Shown here piece after piece: positions 50,564 through 60,507 of a DNA stretch of 64,000 bases; positions within the stretch are counted from its first letter, which is position 1; each line of letters begins with the position of its first letter. The stretch lies in contig CBDCYI010000004.1 of the NCBI GenBank assembly GCA_965224085.1, forward strand, positions 192,001 through 256,000, written 5' to 3'. The position numbers and the translations under genes are program-made. The notes below the pieces were generated by a model. It saw nothing but the letters and a program-made list of their open reading frames with translations. It did not search any database and was not told where the DNA came from. The DNA is from Candidatus Marinacidobacterales bacterium (GTDB lineage: Bacteria; Acidobacteriota; Vicinamibacteria; Marinacidobacterales; SMYC01).

Positions 50564-52153
50564 CTAGGCTGTGTTGATGATCGTGGCGTCACGAAACAGA
50601 GCCGTCGGACAGCCATGCGAGACGGCATTGGCTTGGCCCGGCTGGCCCTTGGCATCGCCGAACGTCGCTCCGAGCCAATAGGTCTGCGCTCCGCCGAGAA
50701 CGGCAAGTGAGTTCCAGAAATCCGGTGTACGCATCACGTAGGCTACGTCTCGGAGCATGCGGTGCCGCTTACCGTTCTTGATCTCCCAAAACGCTTGTCC
50801 ACCGAACTGCGCGTTGTAACGCTGCTGGTCGATCGAGTACGAGCCATGGCCCTGGATCAGGATCCCCCGATCCGTTTGCGCAATGACGGCCTCCTCGTCG
50901 TAGTCCTCCTCCCCCGGCATGAGACTGACGTTGGGCATTCGCTGGAAAGGTATGCTCGACCAGTTCTGCCCGTAAGCACATCCCTGGCTCCGCGTCATCC
51001 CAGTGAGGTCCGAGATCCACGACGCTTGCTCGCGCGTGGTCTGATAGTTGACGAAAACGCCGTCTTCGATGATCGGCCACTCGAAAGCAGGCACGCCCTC
51101 GTCGTCCCAACCGCAAGTGGCGCAGCCGCCTTCCTCGGTGCGGTTCCCCATGAACGTCATGAATTCGGGGCCGAGCCGCGTCTTGTTGAGAACATCCCTC
51201 GGCGGCGCGAGAAACGAGGTGCCCGCGTAGTTCGCTTCGTAGCCCAAAACACGGTCGAGCTCGGTCGGATGCGCGATCGATTCGTGAATCGTCAACCAGA
51301 GGTTCGACGGATGGAGCACGAGATCCCACGTCCCCGACTCGACGGAGGTCGCCGACAACTTCATCGCCGCCTCTTCACCGAGCGGACCGGCGAGTCCGCG
51401 AAGATTCAGCCCGGTCACGTATTCCCATCCACGCCCCGCCGGAGCGACATCGAGCGCACGCGTCTGAAAGTCCGAGCGCTCCGACGACACTGCCGTCAGC
51501 CTGAGCGACGGGTTGATGCGCAGAAACGTTTGCTGGATGACGGAGCCCTCGGTCGTAGCAACCAGTCGTTGTTCTTTGACAGCCATGATGCTGCCTGTGA
51601 CGAACTGAACGCCGTTGACCGTCATGGCCTCCGCACTCGCGGTGAAGAGCAGGTCGGCCTTCTCTTCGAGCGGCACGTCGAACGGATCGATCTCGTGCGG
51701 TGTCGTCCATTCTGAGTTGGGATAGACATCGACCGGTGCCAGCTCCGTCTTTTGAGGAACGATGCGGTCATTGGCGGCTGCGATGGCGGTCGCTTCCCGC
51801 GCGGCACGGGCCACCGCGTCGTTCGTGAGCTCTCGCGTGCCGCTGAAACCCCACGACCCTCCGACCAATGTGCGGATGCCAATCCCGTAGGACTCGGTGA
51901 AGTTCGCTCCGGTGATTTGCTGCTCGCGCGTGCGGACCGACTCGAACCAGTGGCGAGAGACACGCACGTCCGCATAAGTCGCACCCGCCTTCGTCGCTTC
52001 GTCGAGAGCCAAGAGCGCGAGCTCACGCTCAAACGGATCGCCTACGCCGACGAGGGGATCGCTCGCGCATCCAAAACCGCTCGCTCCGAGCGCGAGCCCG
52101 AGCGCGGACTTCTTCAGGAACTGACGACGCGTTGGATGATTGGCGGCACTCAT
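50564..52153 (-). CDS. tldD: TldD metalloprotease with Tat signal and possible lipobox
   Basis: TRRQFLK...GFGC, HESIAHPTE, WDDEG, QRMPN, SHGCP. Confidence 0.85.
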   Translation of the reverse strand: MSAANHPTRRQFLKKSALGLALGASGFGCASDPLVGVGDPFERELALLALDEATKAGATYADVRVSRHWFESVRTREQQITGANFTESYGIGIRTLVGGSWGFSGTRELTNDAVARAAREATAIAAANDRIVPQKTELAPVDVYPNSEWTTPHEIDPFDVPLEEKADLLFTASAEAMTVNGVQFVTGSIMAVKEQRLVATTEGSVIQQTFLRINPSLRLTAVSSERSDFQTRALDVAPAGRGWEYVTGLNLRGLAGPLGEEAAMKLSATSVESGTWDLVLHPSNLWLTIHESIAHPTELDRVLGYEANYAGTSFLAPPRDVLNKTRLGPEFMTFMGNRTEEGGCATCGWDDEGVPAFEWPIIEDGVFVNYQTTREQASWISDLTGMTRSQGCAYGQNWSSIPFQRMPNVSLMPGEEDYDEEAVIAQTDRGILIQGHGSYSIDQQRYNAQFGGQAFWEIKNGKRHRMLRDVAYVMRTPDFWNSLAVLGGAQTYWLGATFGDAKGQPGQANAVSHGCPTALFRDATIINTA

Positions 52154-52262
52154 CTCTTTCTCCTCACCCCTTGGGGCGTCACGAGGAAGAGATTCTATAG
52201 TATCATGAAGCAGTTGCGCTGAGTTACCAACAGTTTTTGCACATCCCCGCAGAGCGAGAGGG

Positions 52263-52700
52263 TTAACTGTGTTCGTGCGCGAGCCAGTCCTCTACGCGCA
52301 ATCCGGGAACCCGCCGGAAATCTATGAGGTTGCTCGACAAGAGCGTAGCATCGTTTACCAAGGCGATGGCCGCGATCTTGAGGTCCATGGTCCCGATGCT
52401 CACACGCTCGTTTCGTAACGCGTCGAACTTGCCGGCGGCAGCCTCATCGAAGGGAAATACCACCCACTCCCCGTAGAACGCGAGCAGCTGCCTGAGTCTT
52501 TCGTAGTACTGGACCTGGTCCTTTGCTTGCCGAGAGCGTCGGATCAGGCGCAGCCAGCCCCTCGTCTGCTCTTCGACGGAAATAATCGATGTTGCGACGT
52601 CGATGGTTGGTAGTTGTTCGAGACGCTCTCGAAAAGCGAGGGCTCGTGGGTTGTGCCGATGCTGGAGAAGGGAGAGGTGGTCCGTATCCAGTAGGATCAC
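52263..52700 (-). CDS. vapC: VapC PIN-domain toxin
   Basis: ILLDTDHLS, SVEEQ, TMDLKIAAIAL, NLIDFRRVPGL. Confidence 0.9.
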   Translation of the reverse strand: MILLDTDHLSLLQHRHNPRALAFRERLEQLPTIDVATSIISVEEQTRGWLRLIRRSRQAKDQVQYYERLRQLLAFYGEWVVFPFDEAAAGKFDALRNERVSIGTMDLKIAAIALVNDATLLSSNLIDFRRVPGLRVEDWLAHEHS

Positions 52701-52897
52701 GAATCGGATTGCTTCCGGTCCTCCTCGCGGACGCGCTGGCTTTCTTCGATGATCTCCTTCATGATCGCGTCGTCGTCGAACATCCCGATCGTCCGTCTCC
52801 AGTCCTTTGGGTTTGCCGACACGTCCGACCGCTGCCTCAGCTCTTCCACAAGCTTTTCGAGATCGGCCACACGCTGCTCCAGAGTTGAACTAGCCAT
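52697..52897 (-). CDS. Putative antitoxin
   Basis: 66 aa, MASSTLEQRVADLEK...DWRRTIGMF; 4-bp overlap with vapC. Confidence 0.75.
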   Translation of the reverse strand: MASSTLEQRVADLEKLVEELRQRSDVSANPKDWRRTIGMFDDDAIMKEIIEESQRVREEDRKQSDS

Positions 52898-53032
52898 CAC
52901 GCATTCCTGATCTATTGTAACGTTACTGCCAATAGAGGACAAAATGAATGGAAGCAGCGAAATTGGTGGCCGGGCGGCATTTGAACCACGTCTTTGCGTT
53001 GTGACGGCAACACACCGCTCTTCACCCATGGG

Positions 53033-53640
53033 CTAGCGCTGCCGTGTGGCCTCGATGGCCGTGCGCAGGCGGTCGACGTTGGCAGGCTTGGACCGTGGAT
53101 TCACCACCTCGCCGGGTGTGATGATCAAACCCGTCCGCCAAGCTGTCTCCAGGCGTCCTCGACCTCCCACGCCACCTGTCCGGCGTGCCGTTCGCGATGG
53201 GTCCCCCAGGAGGGATGCCGCCGAGAAGACACTTGGTGGTCCGCTTGCGCATTTCTGAAAGCGATGGCTCGTAATCTCTATCGTGGTAGTTGAAAGCGTG
53301 GACGGGATAGTCCAGCACCTGATCGAACGAAATTTCTCGTCCGTGAAGATGGAAGATGTCGAACCACGTTTTGCCGCTCGTCGCCTCGAGCACTTGCAAG
53401 TCGTAGTGCTTGGCGAACGCCGCGTGCTCTTCCGGTGTGATGTAGTTGGGATCGACTGCCTGGCTCGCGAAGAACAAGCCGTCGGCGCCTCGCTGCACAA
53501 CCTGTGTCACGAAACGCCGTGTCGTTTCGGTGATGATCTTCAATCCTTGGTGGAGCTCGTCTGGGTGCTGCCGGATGTGGATCGGCAGCTCGTCGCGACC
53601 CACCATCTTTGCCGCCGACGTCAGCGGACTGAAGAGCCCT
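53033..53640 (-). pseudogene. Uroporphyrinogen decarboxylase-like fragment
   Basis: GADGLFFA, IFHLHG, LLGGI; 5' end missing and frameshifted near the 3' end. Confidence 0.65.
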
Positions 53641-53656
53641 AGCCAATCCCTTAGAT

Positions 53657-56600
53657 TCAGCGGGCTTCGAGAAAATCCAGCATCGACTGCGCGCGCTCGA
53701 GGCAGATGTCATCTCCTGCAAGATCGGCGGACTGGGCGAGGCCTTGGTAGCCGACGATGTTTCGCGGATTGAGGTCGACCGCCCGCTCGAAGAGTTCGAC
53801 CGCCCGCTCGAGGTTGCCGGCTTCGAGCTCGAGCTGCGCGTAGTTGTTGAGATGGATGAAGGCGTCGGGCTCGAGCTCGAGGAGGCGTTCGAACCCTCGA
53901 CGTGCCGCGTCACGATTAGAAGCGGCCGCGTCCGCGATGGCGAGCACTTGAAGCGCACGCGTTTCGTCCGGTAGTTGAGCGAGAATGGCTCGGGCTTGGC
54001 TTGCCGCGAGCGCTGGCTCGCCGGTGCGAAGGCTGACTTCCGCGAGTAGCGCCGCCGCTTCGGCATCGAGCGGATCAACACTCAAGATCCCCCGAACAAT
54101 CGCCGCAGTGATCTGGGGCTCCTCGCGATCCCCTGCAACTTCGGCGGCGAGCAACAGCGTGTCGTGGTTTTCAGGCTCGAGCTGTAGCGCCGCCGACAGC
54201 GCTTCGACAGCGCGGTCGAGAGCCCCCGCGTTGCGATAGAGAAGTCCGAGCGCGGCTTGCACTCTAGCGGCGTCCGGCCCGCTCGCTAGCGGGGTCAGCG
54301 CTCGTTCTGCGCGGCCTGGATCCCCGAGTGCTATGGCCGTCCGCACCATCCCGTGATAGTCGTTGGATTGCGCATAGAGCTCGAACGCCCATTCGAAGCT
54401 CTCCGCAGCTTGGAGCATGGCGCCGCGCCGACGGAGTGCTTCGTCGTCTCCTTCAGGTCGCGCCCCGGAAAGCGCGAGTATGGCGCGTCGGTTCGCGAGC
54501 CCGGTATCCCTGTGCATCGCGCGCGCGGCTCGGAACTCGAGCACCGGGTGGTCGTCGGTATGGCGAACGGCGTCCCGCGCCCATGCGGCGAGCGCAGGTG
54601 TTTTCGCGCCGAAGAGGGATACAAAGTCCGGGTAGCCGCGAACACCCACGTCTTCGAGATCGTCACGGATCCCCTCCGGCTTTATGCGGCGCTCCAGGGC
54701 GTCACGCGGCGGAAGCAGAACCGCGGAGCGTCCGCCCACGAGCAGCAAATCCGCATCGCTGAGCAAGAAAAGCATCGTGTGCTCGAACACGTCCGTGAAG
54801 CTCCCGACGATGATCTTCAAGTCATCTTCAGACATGTTGTAGATGTGCGCCCATTGGCAAAACAGGCCGTCCGCGCTGAGCCGGTCGCGTGCGAGCGCAA
54901 AGAACTCTCGGGTGAAGAGTCCGGAGACGCCCGCCATCCACGGGTTGGAAGGCTCCGAGATGATGACGTCAAACGGATCGTCGCTGAGCAAGAGATGATT
55001 GCGCCCATCGGTAACGTTCAGCGTGAAACGATCGTCACGCGGAGGATCGTGGTTCACGTCGCGAAAAAAATTGGACGCGGCGACAACGGCCTTCGAGATC
55101 TCCACCGCCTCGACCGAGGCCACGGGATGTCTGAGCGCGGAGCCCGCGGTCACGCCGCTCCCGTATCCAATCACGAGCACGCGGCTCGGCTCGGGATGAA
55201 GTAGAAGCGGCACGTGCGCGAGCATACGCTGCGTAAGCATGTCCTCCGCGTTGGTTGCATCTACTTTGCCGTCCACGGCAAGCGAGACGCGCCGGCCGAC
55301 GCGTTTGACGGCGACGGTTGCCGTTTTGTCTTCATCGTAGAAAACGAGCTCGCCCCGGCGGAGAAAGTCCAGGAACTCCCCACGCTCGAGATAGGGCGCG
55401 ACTTTGTAGAGGCCCCCCGAGATGAGCTCGCGATCCCATCGTGGGAGTGCGCGATAGATCCCTGCGGCGAGCACGACGAGTCCGAGCGCCGCGGCAACCC
55501 GTCGTTTTCTGGATAGCGACGGGGCTCGGGCGACGAGCCACAGGCAAGCGCCAAGCTGTACACCCGCTGCGAGGAATAGCGCGGCCTCCGCACCCGCCGC
55601 CGGGATCACGAGAAACCCGGTTACGAGCGAGCCAGTGACTGCGCCGGCGGTGTTTGCCAAATAGGTGCGGCCCGTAACACTTGCCGGTGGGCTCGACGCG
55701 CCATGTCCCGCGACCACCGCGACAGCGAGCGGAAACGACGCTCCGAAGAGAAGGCTCGCCGGTACGAGGAGCGCGGCGACCCAAAGAAGCTCGAGCCACA
55801 GTAGACGGCCGATATTGTCGGCGTTGTCGCGCACGAGCTCACCGATAGGGATGGGTAGCTCGCCGATGACGCGGATGAGCACGATCGAAACGACGGCCGC
55901 GGCGAGCTGGACCGCCGCGAGCCGCCACCACGCCTTCGACGCCGTGGCCCAACGGGATGCGACAGCGCTCCCGAGCGCGATCCCAAAGACGACGGAGCTC
56001 ACGATGAATGAGAGCCCATAGGTCGTCGGTCCGATGAGAAGAACGATGGCGCGGATCCACGCCACTTCGCTCGCGAGGGCCGCGAAGCCCGACAGCGCAA
56101 TCACGACGAGCCCGGCCGTCTCGAGCTTCGTCTCGCTTGCTCGAATCGGCGCGGGCACCTCTTCCACCTCTTCTGTGGAGACCCGCCAAATGATGGCGCC
56201 CGCGAGGACATTAAGGAGCACCGCGAGAAACGTCGTCGTCTGAAGGCCGAACCAATCAAAGAGAAAAACGCCGGCGGCGAGAGTGCCGACGACCGCCCCG
56301 AAAGTGTTGGCGGCATACAAAAGAGCGGCCGAGCGCGCGACGCCGTCCTGCGCGTCGCGTAGTCGCTCGCGAAGGGCCGTGAGAGTGGGAAGTGTTGCGC
56401 CCATCAGCGTCGTCGGAAAGAGAAGAAAAGCCGCGGCAGTGGCAAAGCGCAGCACGGCGAGCCCCGATCCCGAGCTCGTGTAGAGGCTTCGTAGAAGCGG
56501 AGTCATAGCCCCGACAACGATGGGAAATGCGAGTCCGGAGGCGGCAATGCCTGCTTCGAGCGAGGCGTAGATCTTGGGAAGGCGTCCCGTTTCCAAGCGG

Positions 56601-56788
56601 TCGATCCACCGCGCGGCGAGAGCGCTCCCGAGACCGAGACCCGCCATGAACGTCGCGAGGACCGTCGCCACCGCGCCGAGGCTGCTCCCCATCACGAGGG
56701 AGAGCTGTCGGACCCAGACGAGCTGATAAACGAGAGCGGCGGCTCCCGAAAAAAAGAGCGTCAACGATAGAAGCCAAGTTCGCTTCAT
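53657..56788 (-). CDS. Fused membrane domain / spermidine synthase-like protein with TPRs
   Basis: SGAAALVYQLVW, IGYGSGVT, VEIS, DGRNHL, DVIISEPSNPW, TDDHPVLEF. Confidence 0.88.
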   Translation of the reverse strand: MKRTWLLSLTLFFSGAAALVYQLVWVRQLSLVMGSSLGAVATVLATFMAGLGLGSALAARWIDRLETGRLPKIYASLEAGIAASGLAFPIVVGAMTPLLRSLYTSSGSGLAVLRFATAAAFLLFPTTLMGATLPTLTALRERLRDAQDGVARSAALLYAANTFGAVVGTLAAGVFLFDWFGLQTTTFLAVLLNVLAGAIIWRVSTEEVEEVPAPIRASETKLETAGLVVIALSGFAALASEVAWIRAIVLLIGPTTYGLSFIVSSVVFGIALGSAVASRWATASKAWWRLAAVQLAAAVVSIVLIRVIGELPIPIGELVRDNADNIGRLLWLELLWVAALLVPASLLFGASFPLAVAVVAGHGASSPPASVTGRTYLANTAGAVTGSLVTGFLVIPAAGAEAALFLAAGVQLGACLWLVARAPSLSRKRRVAAALGLVVLAAGIYRALPRWDRELISGGLYKVAPYLERGEFLDFLRRGELVFYDEDKTATVAVKRVGRRVSLAVDGKVDATNAEDMLTQRMLAHVPLLLHPEPSRVLVIGYGSGVTAGSALRHPVASVEAVEISKAVVAASNFFRDVNHDPPRDDRFTLNVTDGRNHLLLSDDPFDVIISEPSNPWMAGVSGLFTREFFALARDRLSADGLFCQWAHIYNMSEDDLKIIVGSFTDVFEHTMLFLLSDADLLLVGGRSAVLLPPRDALERRIKPEGIRDDLEDVGVRGYPDFVSLFGAKTPALAAWARDAVRHTDDHPVLEFRAARAMHRDTGLANRRAILALSGARPEGDDEALRRRGAMLQAAESFEWAFELYAQSNDYHGMVRTAIALGDPGRAERALTPLASGPDAARVQAALGLLYRNAGALDRAVEALSAALQLEPENHDTLLLAAEVAGDREEPQITAAIVRGILSVDPLDAEAAALLAEVSLRTGEPALAASQARAILAQLPDETRALQVLAIADAAASNRDAARRGFERLLELEPDAFIHLNNYAQLELEAGNLERAVELFERAVDLNPRNIVGYQGLAQSADLAGDDICLERAQSMLDFLEAR

Positions 56789-56847
56789 GGGCCGACGCGG
56801 AGTCTACCGCAGTTGACGAGGCACGAGCCTAGCGGTACTTTCTTGTC

Positions 56848-58761
56848 ATGAGCTCCGCGCTCTTAATGTTGATGCTCGGGACGACTCTGCAAGTCGAGGC
56901 GTCCAAAACCGTCGTCGGCCAGGCGGTTTGCCAGAAATGCCACGTGGACACCCACGCCAAGTGGAGCAGCTCGCGCCACAGCAAGATGGTGCAGCCCGCG
57001 ACGACCGAGAGCGTCAAAGGAGACTTCGACCAGTCCCGAATCACGCTTCGCGGGGACGTCTATGGGCTACGAGCCGGGGGCGGTAAGTTCTACATCACCG
57101 AAGCGTTCTTCAACCGGGATGTCGAAGAGCACGAGATCCAGTACACGCTCGGCAACCGTCGCATTCAACATTATCTGACGACGCTCGAGGACGGCCGCAT
57201 CATCCTGCTCCCGCCGAGTTGGGACGTGCTGCGCCAGGAGTGGTTTCACAATCTAGAGATCGCGGCGCCGGATCAGAAGGAAGGCATCATTCCCGTCCAG
57301 CTATGGAACAAGAACTGCTTCGGCTGCCACGTCAGTGAAGAGGTCAAGAATTACGACGCAGATGACCGAGGCTACGCCACCGAGTGGCTCGACTTCGGAG
57401 GCCATTGCGAGCGCTGTCATGGTCCCGGAAGCGCACACGTCGAGCTCTATTCCAGCGGCGCGACGGCGACCTCGACCGAAATCGTCGTCCCGACCCGGCT
57501 CGACAATGAGCGCAGCTCACAAGTCTGTGCGCAATGTCATTCCTTCCGGGACGTCTTGCATTTCGGCTACAGCGCGGGACAGGACTACTACGACTACTTC
57601 ATGCCGCTTCTCGAATACGGTATGGCCCCAAGCGAGGACCCAACCTGGTGGTCGGACGGCAAGACGCGGCGGTTTTCCACGAACTCTCTCGGCATCTGGC
57701 AGAGCGAGTGTTTCCTCAAAGGCAACGTCGCCTGCACGAACTGCCACATCGACATGCACACGCCCGAGATCGAGCTGAACGAGCAGCTTCGGCCGGACAA
57801 TCGCGCGCTTTGCACGGGTTGCCACGAGGATATCGGCGCCAATGTCGAGGAGCACACCTTTCACGATGCCGCAAGCGCAGGAAGCTCTTGCGTCGAGTGC
57901 CACATGCCGCGCTCCGTCGTGTCGATCAAAGCGACGATGCGCGATCACAGCATCAGCATCCCAGCACCCGAGAACACGATCCGCCACGACATCCCCAACG
58001 CTTGCAATCTATGCCACGAGGATCAATCGCCGGAATGGGCGATCGAAGCCCTCGAAGCGTGGCATCCGGAGAGCCAGAAGCGTCAGAAGGTGATCCGGCG
58101 CGCCGAAGCGTTCGTCGCAGCCAGAAACAGAGAGTCCGGAGCCGTCGAGATGCTCCTCACGCTCGTCGCCGACAAAAAGCAGGGGCCCATCCCGCGGGCT
58201 AACGCCATCGGCTATCTCGGCGATTTCGACGATCCGCGTGTGTTCCCAACCCTGGTCGGCGCGGCCGAGGACGAGCATCCGCTCGTGCGCGCTACGGCAG
58301 CCTTGAAGCTCGGGGACCGGGGCCAGCCGAACCGAGACACCGCCGTCATGGTGCTTGGCTCCGCTGTGGTGGACACCAAGCGCATCGTCCGCATGAACGC
58401 TGCGATCTCGCTTCTGAATCTCGGCGTACAGAAGCTCGCAGGCGAAGCCGGGCGTCTCTTCGAAGAAGCCAAGGCGGACCACATCGCGCGCGGTGCGTTT
58501 CACGCCGACGACGCGCCACAGCTGGCCAATCTCGGCCGCTTTCACGTGCTCTCGGGCGATGGGAGCGCGGCGGCCGAGGCCTTCGAGAACAGCTTCAAGC
58601 TCAACCCGGATCAACCCAGCATCAAGTTCTTCATGGCGGTGACGCGATTGTCACAAAGTCGTCCCGGTGACGCGAAGAAGTTCCTCGAAGAGGTCGATGA
58701 GGATGATCCGTTCGCGGCAGCAGCGCAAGATCTCCTTCGAAGACTTACAGCACAAAACTGA
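56848..58761 (+). CDS. Multiheme cytochrome c (8 CxxCH) with HEAT and TPR repeats
   Basis: CQKCH, CFGCH, CERCH, CAQCH, CTNCH, CTGCH, CVECH, CNLCH; signal peptide. Confidence 0.9.
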   Translation: MSSALLMLMLGTTLQVEASKTVVGQAVCQKCHVDTHAKWSSSRHSKMVQPATTESVKGDFDQSRITLRGDVYGLRAGGGKFYITEAFFNRDVEEHEIQYTLGNRRIQHYLTTLEDGRIILLPPSWDVLRQEWFHNLEIAAPDQKEGIIPVQLWNKNCFGCHVSEEVKNYDADDRGYATEWLDFGGHCERCHGPGSAHVELYSSGATATSTEIVVPTRLDNERSSQVCAQCHSFRDVLHFGYSAGQDYYDYFMPLLEYGMAPSEDPTWWSDGKTRRFSTNSLGIWQSECFLKGNVACTNCHIDMHTPEIELNEQLRPDNRALCTGCHEDIGANVEEHTFHDAASAGSSCVECHMPRSVVSIKATMRDHSISIPAPENTIRHDIPNACNLCHEDQSPEWAIEALEAWHPESQKRQKVIRRAEAFVAARNRESGAVEMLLTLVADKKQGPIPRANAIGYLGDFDDPRVFPTLVGAAEDEHPLVRATAALKLGDRGQPNRDTAVMVLGSAVVDTKRIVRMNAAISLLNLGVQKLAGEAGRLFEEAKADHIARGAFHADDAPQLANLGRFHVLSGDGSAAAEAFENSFKLNPDQPSIKFFMAVTRLSQSRPGDAKKFLEEVDEDDPFAAAAQDLLRRLTAQN

Positions 58762-58790
58762 TAACAGCCAAGAGCCAAGAAGGACCAACC

Positions 58791-60445
58791 ATGCGCTTTC
58801 TGCCTTCCGCAACGCTCGCACTCTGTCTGACACTCGCCCACGAAGCTCAGGGCCAGCCGAGTTTTAAGGTCGTCCTCGATCCTGCCATCGAGAGCGGGCC
58901 GGTCGACGGCCGGATTCTTATGCTGTTTTCGACGCGCGGCGATGATGAGCCGCGCTTTCACGTTGTGAACCGACGCGCGCCCCAACCCTTTTTCGGCATC
59001 GACGTCGAAGCGCTCGCGCCAGGCGACGGTGCCGTTTTCGATGAGACCGTCCTCGGCTATCCGCTCGAGAGCCTGCGCGACGTGCCCGCGGACGACTACT
59101 ACGTTCAAGCGGTGCTCAACCGCTACACGACGTTCCACCGAAGCGATGGACATGTGGTCAAGCTCCACATGGACCAATGGGAAGGCCAGAAGTGGAACCG
59201 CTCGCCGGGAAACCTCTACAGCCGACCGGAAAAGATTCATCTTGACCCGAAAAAGCGCGCAACGTTCCACATCGAGCTCACGGAGAAAGTCCCTCCGATC
59301 GAGCCGCCGGAAGATACGGAATGGATCAAGCACGTGAAGATAAAAAGCGATCTCGTCAGCGCTTTTTGGGGCACCGACATGCACGTCGGCGCCGCCGTGT
59401 TGCTGCCTGAAGGCTTCGACGCGCACCCTGACGCGCGCTACCCCGTCGCCTACCTCCAGGGCCACTTCGCGACCACGTTCACGCGTTTTCGCGACGAGCC
59501 GCCGGAGTCCGGACGACGCCAACAATCGGCGCATGATTTTTACCGGGATTGGAGCTCGGGCTCGCTTCCCAACATGCTCGTCGTCTTGCTTCAGGACCCG
59601 AATCCGTTCTACGACGACGCCTATGCAGTCAACTCCGCGAACCTCGGTCCCTATGGCGACGCGCTGATCGAGGAGCTGATCCCCGAAGTCGAAGAGACGT
59701 TCCGCGCGATCGGCGAGCCTTGGTCCCGCACGACGTTTGGCGGCTCGACGGGTGGGTGGCGCGCGCTCGGGCGCAAATCTTCTACCCAGACTTCTTCAAT
59801 GGCGCTTGGGTGTTCTGTCCGGACCCCGTGGACTTTCGATACTTTCAGCTCGTCGACATCTACGACGATGAGAACGCCTACTATTCCGGAAGCGGCTTCA
59901 AGAAAGATCCCATCCGTCCTTGGATGCGCAGCGTGGACGACCAAGTCTTGATGACCGAGCGTGACGCGAGCATTCTGGAGCTTGTGCTCGGAACGCGCGG
60001 ACGCTCCGGCGATCAGATGGACGTTTTTCAAGCTGTCTACGGACCGGTCGGTGACGACGGCTATCCAAGTCTTCTATATGACAAGAAAACGGGTGTCATC
60101 GATAAAGAGGTGGCCACTTATTGGAAAGAGAATTACGACCTACGTTACATCCTTGAGCGCGACTGGGAAACGCTCGGGCCGAAGCTCGAAGGGAAGATTC
60201 GAATCTACATGGGGGACACCGACACGTTCTATCTCGAGGAAGCGACGCGTCTGATGGAAGAGCTCCTCGAAGGCACGGAGAATCCGCACTATCGAGGGAG
60301 CGTGACGTGGGGCAAGCGTGAGCCTCACTGCTACACGGGCGCCCCGCCCGGTAAGAGCTTTCTCTCTCACTACTTGCCAGGAATGGCCGACCACGTCACG
60401 CGCACCGCCCCGAAGGGAGCGGATGTGACCAGCTGGAAGTACTGA
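58791..60445 (+). CDS. Secreted esterase-family alpha/beta hydrolase, frameshift near 59770
   Basis: Signal peptide, VNSANLGPYGDA, GGSTGGW; continues in another frame as AQIFYPDFFNG...SWKY. Confidence 0.78.
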
Positions 60446-60507
60446 CGAAGTTTCTGGAGACCGATGGGATGAGCTCCCCGCGGAGCACATGCCCCGGCAG
60501 GGGGATG

